Source of the DNA: a candidate division TM6 bacterium GW2011_GWF2_32_72 | GTDB taxonomy: Bacteria; Babelota; Babeliae; Babelales; CAIQNR01 | Assembly: GCA_945882015.1 (NCBI GenBank) | Contig: CAMCVM010000002.1 | Coordinates: 51,116-115,115 of the forward strand | Direction: 5' to 3' | DNA: 64,000 nucleotides | Shown here: piece after piece, positions 1 to 9,213 of the stretch | Layout: each line of letters starts with the position of its first letter | Numbering within the stretch: the first letter of the stretch is position 1 | The notes under the pieces: model-generated | Databases searched by the model: none | What the model was told of the DNA's origin: nothing | The model's input: only the letters and a program-made list of their open reading frames with translations | Translations under genes and position numbers: made by a program

Positions 1-582
1 AACAATACTGTTTTTCCTGCACTTACTAATACATCTGGACAAAGTTTTACACAACAAACAGTTACCAATCAAAAATTACCATGGCTTTCTAAAAAAACTG
101 TTCCAGTCCAAGACGTAAAAAATAATTATAACGCTATTTACACACCTTCTTTTAATGGTTCAAAAAGAGTGTTACCTAAAGGGCTTGAAGGACTTTATAT
201 GAATATCCCTATTACTATTACTGACCCTACTCAAGATGGAAAACTGTTAATTCGTCTGTATGAACAACCATTACTGCCTCAACCTGACTGGCTTAATTCT
301 GCAGAAGGAGTACTTACCATGACAAGAGTCTGTTTGGGTGATTTTACCAGTGGACTCATGCTGGGTGAACCAGTTTTTGACCCTGCGTTACAACTTATTT
401 TTAGACAAGCACTTGCAACCTTACCAAATCTTCCTGCAAGGTTACCGCAAACAGTGCTTGATAACTCTCCAGAAGCGCTTTTAAGACTTTCTCAAGAAGC
501 GCAACTGAGTTTAACACGGGAATATCTTGATCAAGCAACCCGACAAACAGCATCACAACAAATTGCCGCTCCTGCTGCATAA
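1..582 (+). CDS. C-terminal part of a hypothetical protein whose start lies upstream of the window
   Basis: Frame 1 is open from nt 1 to TAA 580-582. I translated 1-168 codon by codon (NNTVFPALTNTSGQSF...) and found no stop. The 169..582 track ORF (GTG start) is therefore probably only the tail of a longer gene. No family motif recognised. Confidence 0.5.
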   Translation, partial: NNTVFPALTNTSGQSFTQQTVTNQKLPWLSKKTVPVQDVKNNYNAIYTPSFNGSKRVLPKGLEGLYMNIPITITDPTQDGKLLIRLYEQPLLPQPDWLNSAEGVLTMTRVCLGDFTSGLMLGEPVFDPALQLIFRQALATLPNLPARLPQTVLDNSPEALLRLSQEAQLSLTREYLDQATRQTASQQIAAPAA

Positions 583-592
583 AGGAACTGTT

Positions 593-2872
593 ATGACTAT
601 TGTACAGCTATTTATTGTTGCCCTCTTGCATGCAACACAACTGCCATTACTTGCAGTACAAAAAACAGAGCATCAACAGAGAGCTACTTATTTAATTAAC
701 GCTATTTTTGACAAAACTGGAACACAATCAAAAACAAGTCATCAAGAAGCTATTGAACAAGCTATCCATAATCTCTTAAAGGCAAAAAATTATCAAAAAA
801 TAGCAATCGCCCAAAGAACCGCCCAATTATTGGAAAATCATATTAAAGAACGTCAAGAACTGTTAGAAAAAAACCCTGCAAACTTTTTAATAAAACATTC
901 ATTGTTTATTTTAAAAGCACAAAAAGGGTACTTAGAAGAATATTATGAAAAATTTTTAGCTACTGCTTCTTGGTTTGATACGTATTACATAACAGCACAA
1001 AGATGGTTGCAGCAACTGATCAACGCTGTTCAAAGTTTTTTTAACCCTGAACATAAAGCAGTTTCTTTTATAGAGCAAACAGCACTTGATCTTGATTTTT
1101 ACTGTTATTTTGAAGTTGAACACATTTTTACTGATTACCAAAAAACATTAATGCTGTTTGCCCAGCAAAAACAACATAGACTACCGGATATCATGGTGTT
1201 CTGGGCTCATCCATTACTACAGCAAGAAATCTTAAAGCGAGTTAAAAAAATTGATACTCCTGCAAAAATACAAGCTGAAGTTATAGCAGCCGAAACAGCT
1301 GAAGCTTTAGGAGAAGATGCTTTAATGGTTGGGGGAGACATTACGGAAAAAGCTGCAATGGAACTTGAGCTAGCCAGCAATGAAGCTGCTGAACAAGTTG
1401 CCACAAAGTTAACTCCTGCTGGAATTCTTGAAGATGTTTCAACGAGCCTTAAAGGTGACGCCGAAGCATTTGCAGAAGATGCTCCCAAACCAGGAGAGGA
1501 ACCAGCCCAGACAAGGACACAAGAACGACAAACACAACGAGCTCAAGAACGGGCAGAAGCTGCACAAAAAAATCAAGATGCTTTAAACGACCCTAGCGTT
1601 TCTAAGCTCAAAAAAGGGTACATCAAAACAAAAATGGCATTAAACATGGTCCTTGAAAAAACAGGGGTACAAAAAGGGCTTGATTGGATTGCTGACAATA
1701 TTACTGGACCGATCAGCGATGCCTATAAAAAATATATCTATGAAAGAATTTTAGAGCCGCTTGAAGATAATCCATTACACAACATGCTTGAAGAACTACC
1801 AGAGTGGCTACGTGGTATTGTTGATATTGGAATGCAAATGGGTCTCATGATGGGTGGCGGTCTTGTCACTTCATGGGTCAGTGAAGCAGATCAAAAAGTT
1901 TATTTACAATATGCACAACTGCAAACACAAATGACTGCTATTAATACTAAAATTATTACTCAGTTTGCCCAACAAAAAGCTCTTTTAATGAAAAGCAGTT
2001 CTGAGGCATTAAATACTGTTATCAATCTTATAAACCAAACACGTTCAAATCAGATTCAAACAGCAGCAGCTGAAATACTTTATCTTAATCAATCTACACT
2101 GAACACTCCTGCCAAAAGTGCTTTTGTTATAAAACCTTCTGCTGGAAACCCTACCGAAGACGCTTTACAAATTGACGAACGCTTTGCGCGTTCTATTATG
2201 CCAACTACAAACCTTAAAAGTATTTGGCGCAATATATTCAGATCGGGCAATTGGCAATATATGCCTGATTTGAAAATCTTTTACCAGACCCAGTTGGTTA
2301 AAATAGGTGGAAATAATCTTTTAGAACAAGCAACAGATTGTTTATACAATAGTGTTAACACAGAATATTACCCTGAAAAGATAGCTGCTTATGATATTGT
2401 TGTTGAATGTACCTTGATCAGTTATGATACATCGTGCCTTGTAGGAGTTATTTTTAATCATGCTCGCTGGATTTCAGGGGTCCCTGATACATTCAATCAA
2501 CATCGGTTTATGGGGTTATATGGAAACAATAATAATCTTTATGCTGTCCTTGAAGAGTCAAGCCCTTCAACTGATAAGCAAAGTCCAAACACATTGTCTC
2601 CTGCTTACAAAATTCTTGCTAACCCTAATAATTACACCCAAAAAAATATCGTTCTGCCTCCAGCCCCTGTAAAGCTTACCTTGGCGATTAATACCAGTGC
2701 TTTAAAAGTTACTGCAACCGTCAGTCAAACTACACAAAGTGGGAACAGTCCACTGGCTCAACTTGAAAGAACCGATCTACAAGCGCCTCTTTTTAACTAT
2801 CATGGTCTTGGTTTTATTGCTGCTGGGTGTATTGCTCAATTTAAAATTATTAAACCTCAAGAGTTAACGTAA
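593..2872 (+). CDS. hypothetical large protein (759 aa from ATG 593; track ORF starts at 527)
   Basis: Long ORF. ATG 593 has an aaagga SD at 581-586 with a 6-nt spacer and lies 10 nt after the previous stop, whereas a 527 start would overlap the previous ORF. It has an N-terminal hydrophobic segment (MTIVQLFIVALLHATQLPLLAV) and a Met/Gly-rich hydrophobic segment (GIVDIGMQMGLMMGGGLVTSWV). The C-terminal beta-rich module ends in HGLGFIAAGCIAQFKIIKP. Confidence 0.6.
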   Translation: MTIVQLFIVALLHATQLPLLAVQKTEHQQRATYLINAIFDKTGTQSKTSHQEAIEQAIHNLLKAKNYQKIAIAQRTAQLLENHIKERQELLEKNPANFLIKHSLFILKAQKGYLEEYYEKFLATASWFDTYYITAQRWLQQLINAVQSFFNPEHKAVSFIEQTALDLDFYCYFEVEHIFTDYQKTLMLFAQQKQHRLPDIMVFWAHPLLQQEILKRVKKIDTPAKIQAEVIAAETAEALGEDALMVGGDITEKAAMELELASNEAAEQVATKLTPAGILEDVSTSLKGDAEAFAEDAPKPGEEPAQTRTQERQTQRAQERAEAAQKNQDALNDPSVSKLKKGYIKTKMALNMVLEKTGVQKGLDWIADNITGPISDAYKKYIYERILEPLEDNPLHNMLEELPEWLRGIVDIGMQMGLMMGGGLVTSWVSEADQKVYLQYAQLQTQMTAINTKIITQFAQQKALLMKSSSEALNTVINLINQTRSNQIQTAAAEILYLNQSTLNTPAKSAFVIKPSAGNPTEDALQIDERFARSIMPTTNLKSIWRNIFRSGNWQYMPDLKIFYQTQLVKIGGNNLLEQATDCLYNSVNTEYYPEKIAAYDIVVECTLISYDTSCLVGVIFNHARWISGVPDTFNQHRFMGLYGNNNNLYAVLEESSPSTDKQSPNTLSPAYKILANPNNYTQKNIVLPPAPVKLTLAINTSALKVTATVSQTTQSGNSPLAQLERTDLQAPLFNYHGLGFIAAGCIAQFKIIKPQELT

Positions 2873-2886
2873 ATAAGGATTTATTC

Positions 2887-5800
2887 ATGAAAAAATATTG
2901 TATCCTTTTATTCATTATAGTGAGCCAGCTACCTGTTGCAATGCAAGCAGATACAGCTCATTCTCTTGATCTTAAAGCTGCTCCTCCTGCTGGGCTTGCT
3001 GATATTGATACTTATAAACAGCAAAGGGTTGCGCAAAATAACTACTTTTTTGAGCATTTACCAAAAACAACACAACTGCCTGATTCTATAACCACAGAAG
3101 TAAAACGAGTATTTACACCACTCTTACCGCTCCTTTCCCCACAATATAAAGACCAAACAGAGCAAGAACGGCAAACTCAAGTTCTGAATAACATTATAAG
3201 TTTTTATGGACTTTTATATGTAGTGGCACAAGAACAAGCAGCTACCACTACTACTCCAAACCCAACACTTACCCCTTTGCAATTAAAACAATCAAAAATT
3301 TGGCAAGACCATTTAAAAATTATGGCAGCAACTTCTTACAGCCAAGAAATTGCTCTGTTAAAAACAGTCCACGAAAACGAACTTGAGCTTTTTCCATTGT
3401 TACCACAATTTGAAGTTGCATATTACCAACCAACTTTTGCTCAAATACGTAAATCTTCAGAGCTTACTAGAATCTATCTTATCTTAATTGATCGCTTAAG
3501 AAATCGATTTTTAGACGGAATTACTCGTTCTTCTGGCACAACAGCTGATCCATTCAGTTCAATTTTACAAATGATTGATGCCACTACTGCTAGCTTAAAA
3601 ACTGCTTCTGTGAGTCAAAAAGATTCATTACAAGCAACATTAATGCAGCAAAAAAACCAACTCTTTCAACTGATAGAAGCCTTTAAAACGGGTTCTTTTT
3701 ACACCTTAACAGTACTGTTTGAAAATCTTGATTGGTCAAAAACGTATCCCGTTTCTTTTAAAGATCAGCATGAAAATGCCGCTACGTTCAAGCAAATTAT
3801 TCAAGGACCTTATAATTTTGATCAATATTTTTCATCTGATAAAAAAACAGGTATAGCAACCGTTAATCCTGTTTTTTCACTCATGTTTGAAACCGGCCCT
3901 GCTGTTCAAGGTTCAAATGAGCAAGGGCTTTTTTTTACTCCGCTAGGTAATGCTCTTTTTAGTGGTATGATCTCATACCAAACAACTACGTTACCCGATG
4001 GAACGTCTTTATATACCGGAACGTTTGAGTATCAAAAAACAACGGGTAATACTACTCAAATAACTATTGATCAATTTTTCACAGAACAAACCAGTACTGT
4101 TACCGTTAACAAGCAACCAATAGAACAGGCTTCTTTAGTCCCGACCATGACCTATATGGAACTGCTGTGCTTTACTGCAATGAAAATGCTGTATACCGAT
4201 ATTGCCGAAATTTTTATTGGTTCTAATTTGCCACTTGCATGCAAAGCTATGACCACCACCGATCTTCCTAACTTTATTGCACAACAACCTGAGGATTATT
4301 TGTTACTCAGTCACATCAATCGGTTACAAGACTTTTTTACCAATCAAGGATTAACTGATAACTCAGGCCAAACGCCAAGCGTGCAAAGTTGTAAAAGTTT
4401 TGGCAGATGGCTCAAAAAAGTTGCTGATACCGTTATTAATGGCATAAAAAAAGCCGCAACCGAAGTCTGGCATGGAATAGAAACTGCGGCAAAAGGTGCC
4501 TTTGCTGCAGTTAAAGATGTTGGTAATGCAATATGGCACGGAATGAAAGCAATTGGCGATGAAGTAGTTGCGCTCTATTATGCAAGCGCTATTGCTCCCA
4601 TGTTGTTTCAAGGAATTTCTGCAAGTGATGCGTTAAAACATGCTGCGAGTTATCAAAAAGCTGCAAACGATCAAATGAATGCTGCAACTTCTGACTTGAT
4701 GAAATCTGTTGGTCATATCGCTCAAGCAGCAGAAGGACTTGCTCATGCTGCCGGAGCTATAGCTATTAATGCCATGAGCGAAGGATTGAGTTTAATTGAT
4801 TCAAAAATTGGTAACGATATGCTCAACACATGGGATGCGGTGGCAAATGGCATTATCAATTTTGCAAAAGATTCAACTGATATGTTTATTTCTCAAACCA
4901 GTTCTATTGTTAAACTTTCTGCAGGGGCTATTGAGTTGGTTTCAAGCACTATCGCTTCTATTGAAACAGGATCGTTTTCAACATTAAAAGGCGAAATTAA
5001 GGACCTTGCAAAAAACACTGCTTCGGCAATTTTAAGTTATATCAGTTTGGCTATTTCACAAATTACCGACGCTCTTAAAAGTGCAATGACCGCTATTGGC
5101 TATTTTGTTCAAACATTAACAGACACTGTTGTTCAATTAAGCGCTGCTGTTGCGACCCTTGCTTATTACGGCTGGGCTGATGGATTTTCAACAGGCTTTA
5201 ATGAAATGCAAGCAAAAGTATCAGAACACCAAAGAATTATTTCAAGCATTATTACCACCGTTGTTTTAATTGCAGTTACCGTTGCAACTGGCGGAGCTGC
5301 AACTCCTTTTGCAGCGGGAATGCTTGCTATGAACGTTGGAATGATGGCTATGTCAATTGTAGGGGCTGGGCAAGCAGACCAATTAGCTATTGATAAAAAA
5401 GCAAAACAACACAAATTTGTTGAAGATTATAAACAGTACGTGATTGAAAATGCTTCAGTTATTCAAGGGTTCAATACACAAAAAGCAATAGAAGAACTGG
5501 TGCAATTACAAAATGAAACCATGAACCAAGAGCGAGGACTGTTCTATTATCAAAATTATGTTAATGCGATTTTTAATGGGACTGTTTCGGCAAAAGCTTA
5601 TGGCGTTGGTAATTTAATCAGCCATCAAACTGGAGTTTCTGATAGTACTGGCGTAATGGTTGCAGACTTAGGATCGTTATACGCGATACAAACAGGAAGA
5701 ATGTCGTTAACTCCAACTGGCGGTTTTGCTGTTTATAACAAAAGCAGAAATTCTTTTAGCCAGGAAGCGGCACTTGAGCCAATAATAATGAATCATCAAA

Positions 5801-7932
5801 CACAAGTAACAACAAATTTAACACAAACAGCTGATGACAACGGAGCATGGTTTCATCAAAAAGATCTTGCACTTATTCCATCCGGAGATGGATTAAAAGC
5901 TGATATTGTATGGCGATCATTATATGAATATGATGGCCCATTTTATATTGGAATTTATCTAACAGAAAGATTTATTGATACTCAAGCAGTTAATAATGCT
6001 TATAATAATTTAGCGCAAGTAATTACCCCAACCAGTGGCACTACAACTGCTGCTGCTTTTGATGCTGCTTGGCAAAAAGTAGAAACATTTGGTCGCTATT
6101 TAGTTGATTATGATCATCTTGCAAAAATGTTTGTTTGTTACCGTCAATCAGCTGCAAGTATTGATAATGCAGCAAACTCAATACCAAAATTAGGAATTTA
6201 TCAGCATGAAGCAACTGAACAAACAGTCGCTGCAAATAATGGATGGATCCAATCAAATATTGGTACAATTAACTTTAAGCGTGGAACCTGGTACCGCATG
6301 CAAGCAACCATAATTGGAACAAAATTAACGGTTAACTTCTGGGAACTTGCCGATGAGCAAGCAGCAAGAAATGCTACCACAAAAGATCCTGTACCAAATT
6401 CCGCACTTACTCAAACAACAACAATTGAACAAGCTCTTGTGCCGCAAGATGTTCTAGCATTGTCCGCATCAAAATATTTTGGCGGGTCAATGGGGGTAAT
6501 TACTTCAGGTGCAGCTGTTGAGTATATTGTGATTGAACCAACAAGAGTTTTAACTGTTAATTTACAAGGAACTACCTCACAGCTGACAACGCTAACCAAA
6601 CCAATAGAAAGTGCTGCACGAGTTACGGCTAATACAAAGCTTTCACAAATTCCTGGTATGAATCAAACGGAAACTGAACGATCTTTAAATTGGCAAAAAG
6701 AACTTGCAAGCCAAATGGGGCTCACATTTGGCAACTTGACGCTGACCGCGCTCGATCAAGAATCACTGATTCGATCAGAATTTATTTATCAAACAAAAGG
6801 AATTTTTGATCAAACAACGCCAGACTTTGTTGTTTTTGCCAAGACCAATCAAAACCCAAATGCTCAACAGGTAGGAATAAGCGCACTTGAAACTCCAAAA
6901 CCTCTTTATATTATAAGTTTAGTAACCAATCAAATTATCGATACAACAGGAAAAATAGTTGGACAAGTTGAGAGTGCTTTAAACTTATACCTGCAACAAC
7001 ATCCAAAATTGTCTGATAGTGTGATGACGCAATTACAAAATTCACAAAGAACATACTTCCAATCGATGAGTTTGCCATTAACTTTTGCAAATAGCACCCT
7101 GACAGCAGATGTAACACAAATGGGCAATGGACTGTATGTGTATAGTGCTCCAGCACTTGACCCGCGCATTCAAGGTAAAACTGACTACTTTGTAACAACA
7201 ACAAGTAATAGTGTAGGAATTACTGCAACAGGAGCTCCTTTAAAACTAAGTGATGCGCCAACAACCACAACAGGATTAGTCAGCTTAGTAACTGGACAAG
7301 TTTACACATTGCAACAAAATGGTAAAACAGCTTCGATACTTTCAACAAAAACAGTTGGTACAACCACAATAACTGATGCAAAAACAACGTATGCTGTTTA
7401 TCCTGATTATCAAGCAAAATTGACTCCGCAAGCAAAAGCTACCATAGAAGCTGTGCAGCAAATCTTTAATGACTTACAAAAAACAGTCGCTGCTGAACAA
7501 GCATTGCAAACAAAGGCTCAGAACACTCTTAATACCTTAAATACACAACTGACATCAGTAATTACCACCATAACTTTTGCAACAGGCGATGCTTTAACGG
7601 CACTTAAGTCTGCCCAAGTAGTTAGCCAAAAAGCGTTAACTGATCTTAATAATGCGCTTGCTGCATTTAACAAAGCTCTTCCTACCAATCAAGCAGGGCC
7701 AAACACACAAGTAGCAATTAACTTGAATAATGTTCTTGATCAAGCAAATAGTGCAATTACTGCTTGTCAAAACGCAATCACTACTTATAATAATACACCA
7801 GTTACGCAAACAAGTACTGATTACGGTTCTTCAAGTGACTCTGGCTATGGTTATGGAACCACCGATCAAAGTTATAATGCAAATTATGGAACTGACCAGG
7901 CAACTGATTATGGCTATGGATCAGGATATTAA
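2887..7932 (+). CDS. giant (1681 aa) secreted or membrane-interacting hypothetical protein
   Basis: Uninterrupted 5-kb ORF with a taagga SD 7 nt upstream. Sec-type signal peptide MKKYCILLFIIVSQLPVAMQA. An Ala-rich amphipathic block with recurring WHG lies at about nt 4408-5240. Two predicted TM helices lie at about nt 5248-5370. A beta-rich module lies at about nt 5899-6540. The C-terminal tail is rich in Gly/Tyr/Ser/Asp/Thr. Confidence 0.7.
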   Translation: MKKYCILLFIIVSQLPVAMQADTAHSLDLKAAPPAGLADIDTYKQQRVAQNNYFFEHLPKTTQLPDSITTEVKRVFTPLLPLLSPQYKDQTEQERQTQVLNNIISFYGLLYVVAQEQAATTTTPNPTLTPLQLKQSKIWQDHLKIMAATSYSQEIALLKTVHENELELFPLLPQFEVAYYQPTFAQIRKSSELTRIYLILIDRLRNRFLDGITRSSGTTADPFSSILQMIDATTASLKTASVSQKDSLQATLMQQKNQLFQLIEAFKTGSFYTLTVLFENLDWSKTYPVSFKDQHENAATFKQIIQGPYNFDQYFSSDKKTGIATVNPVFSLMFETGPAVQGSNEQGLFFTPLGNALFSGMISYQTTTLPDGTSLYTGTFEYQKTTGNTTQITIDQFFTEQTSTVTVNKQPIEQASLVPTMTYMELLCFTAMKMLYTDIAEIFIGSNLPLACKAMTTTDLPNFIAQQPEDYLLLSHINRLQDFFTNQGLTDNSGQTPSVQSCKSFGRWLKKVADTVINGIKKAATEVWHGIETAAKGAFAAVKDVGNAIWHGMKAIGDEVVALYYASAIAPMLFQGISASDALKHAASYQKAANDQMNAATSDLMKSVGHIAQAAEGLAHAAGAIAINAMSEGLSLIDSKIGNDMLNTWDAVANGIINFAKDSTDMFISQTSSIVKLSAGAIELVSSTIASIETGSFSTLKGEIKDLAKNTASAILSYISLAISQITDALKSAMTAIGYFVQTLTDTVVQLSAAVATLAYYGWADGFSTGFNEMQAKVSEHQRIISSIITTVVLIAVTVATGGAATPFAAGMLAMNVGMMAMSIVGAGQADQLAIDKKAKQHKFVEDYKQYVIENASVIQGFNTQKAIEELVQLQNETMNQERGLFYYQNYVNAIFNGTVSAKAYGVGNLISHQTGVSDSTGVMVADLGSLYAIQTGRMSLTPTGGFAVYNKSRNSFSQEAALEPIIMNHQTQVTTNLTQTADDNGAWFHQKDLALIPSGDGLKADIVWRSLYEYDGPFYIGIYLTERFIDTQAVNNAYNNLAQVITPTSGTTTAAAFDAAWQKVETFGRYLVDYDHLAKMFVCYRQSAASIDNAANSIPKLGIYQHEATEQTVAANNGWIQSNIGTINFKRGTWYRMQATIIGTKLTVNFWELADEQAARNATTKDPVPNSALTQTTTIEQALVPQDVLALSASKYFGGSMGVITSGAAVEYIVIEPTRVLTVNLQGTTSQLTTLTKPIESAARVTANTKLSQIPGMNQTETERSLNWQKELASQMGLTFGNLTLTALDQESLIRSEFIYQTKGIFDQTTPDFVVFAKTNQNPNAQQVGISALETPKPLYIISLVTNQIIDTTGKIVGQVESALNLYLQQHPKLSDSVMTQLQNSQRTYFQSMSLPLTFANSTLTADVTQMGNGLYVYSAPALDPRIQGKTDYFVTTTSNSVGITATGAPLKLSDAPTTTTGLVSLVTGQVYTLQQNGKTASILSTKTVGTTTITDAKTTYAVYPDYQAKLTPQAKATIEAVQQIFNDLQKTVAAEQALQTKAQNTLNTLNTQLTSVITTITFATGDALTALKSAQVVSQKALTDLNNALAAFNKALPTNQAGPNTQVAINLNNVLDQANSAITACQNAITTYNNTPVTQTSTDYGSSSDSGYGYGTTDQSYNANYGTDQATDYGYGSGY

Positions 7933-7940
7933 GGACTATT

Positions 7941-9206
7941 GTGTTACAAGAAACGGTTCAACAGCTACCATTGCTCCCTGGGGTCTATCTTTTTAAAAAT
8001 AAAGAAGGCACTATTATTTATATTGGAAAAGCAAAGTCTTTAAAAGCTCGGGTTAGTTCTTATTTTCAAAATACCACCGACTGGAAAGTCAAAGCGCTTT
8101 TGGATGAAGCAACCAGTCTTGAACATATTATTACCAACACCGAAACAGAAGCATTATTACTTGAAGCACAACTGGTGCAAGAGTATGATCCAAAATTTAA
8201 TGTGTTATTAAAAACTGGTCAGCCGTTTTTATATCTTATGATCAGCAACCAGTCATTGCCGCACCTAAAAATTGTTCGTAATAAAGATGACAAAGGAACC
8301 TATTTTGGTCCATTTATTCACAAGAGCCAAGCTCGCTCAGTTTTAAATTTTCTAACGCAAACCTTTCAGCTTTTTTGTTGTAATAAAAAAATTGAAAACG
8401 GATGCCTTGATTACCATTTAGGTAAATGTGCAGGAACCTGCATGAAACAATTTAACAAGGCTGATTACCTGTTTAGAATCTTACTGGTAGACGATGTATT
8501 GCGCCAAGACCACGAAAAGTTTTTAAACAGAATTGACACCAAAATAAAAGAATATAGTGATGCATTGTCCTTTGAAAAAGCACGCAACTTGTACCGTTAC
8601 AAACAAGATGTAACGACTATTTTTAAAACATTACAAGCAAAATATTCTGACACTAAGTATATTCATGAAATCGCCAAAGCAACTACACAGTCAGAATCAA
8701 TTGATAATTACTCAGAAATTGCCCAAGAGCTTAAGAGACTTTTACAGTTGCAAGGACTACCAGAAACTATTGATTGTTTTGATATTTCACATTTTCAAAG
8801 CCGCTTTCTGGTTGGTTCTTGTGTTCGATTTAGTCACGGCAAACCGGACAAAAATAAGTTCCGTCGCTTTATGATTAAAACCTTAGCCGAACAAAACGAT
8901 TATGCTGCATTGCAAGAAGTTGTCATGCGTCGCTACAAAGACTCTAAAGAGCTGCCTGATCTTATTTTAATTGATGGAGGCAAAGGTCAACGCAATGCAG
9001 TACTATCGTTACTTGGCAAAACCCCATGCATCAGTTTAGCAAAAAAAGAAGAACTGCTTTTTTCTGATTACCATCCAGACGGGTTTGCACTTGATGTTAA
9101 AACAGGAATTGGTAAACTACTGATTAGTTTACGCGATTATGCGCATCATTTTGCAATCAGCTATCATAAATTGTTAAGAAAAAAGGGATCTTTTAGTAAA
9201 AACTAA
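7941..9206 (+). CDS. uvrC: excinuclease ABC subunit C, short form (421 aa, no C-terminal HhH2 domain)
   Basis: GIY-YIG N-terminus LPLLPGVYLFKNKEGTIIYIGKAKSLKARVSSYF. UVR-like segment ALSFEKARNLYRYKQDV. Endonuclease-domain motifs IDCFDISH and LILIDGGKGQ. The protein ends just after YAHHFAISYHKLLRKK, where E. coli UvrC continues into (HhH)2. GTG start. Confidence 0.8.
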   Translation: MLQETVQQLPLLPGVYLFKNKEGTIIYIGKAKSLKARVSSYFQNTTDWKVKALLDEATSLEHIITNTETEALLLEAQLVQEYDPKFNVLLKTGQPFLYLMISNQSLPHLKIVRNKDDKGTYFGPFIHKSQARSVLNFLTQTFQLFCCNKKIENGCLDYHLGKCAGTCMKQFNKADYLFRILLVDDVLRQDHEKFLNRIDTKIKEYSDALSFEKARNLYRYKQDVTTIFKTLQAKYSDTKYIHEIAKATTQSESIDNYSEIAQELKRLLQLQGLPETIDCFDISHFQSRFLVGSCVRFSHGKPDKNKFRRFMIKTLAEQNDYAALQEVVMRRYKDSKELPDLILIDGGKGQRNAVLSLLGKTPCISLAKKEELLFSDYHPDGFALDVKTGIGKLLISLRDYAHHFAISYHKLLRKKGSFSKN

Positions 9207-9213
9207 AGGAGCA

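Noticed and set aside
527-592. Upstream start (527) for the 781-aa track ORF
   Set aside because: It would overlap the preceding ORF by 56 nt and has no SD. ATG 593 has a well-spaced aaagga and begins with a hydrophobic leader.
4363-7204. Several 60-90-aa antisense or alternative-frame ORFs inside the giant 1681-aa gene
   Set aside because: All are nested in one uninterrupted 5-kb ORF with consistent codon structure. None has a start context or a motif.
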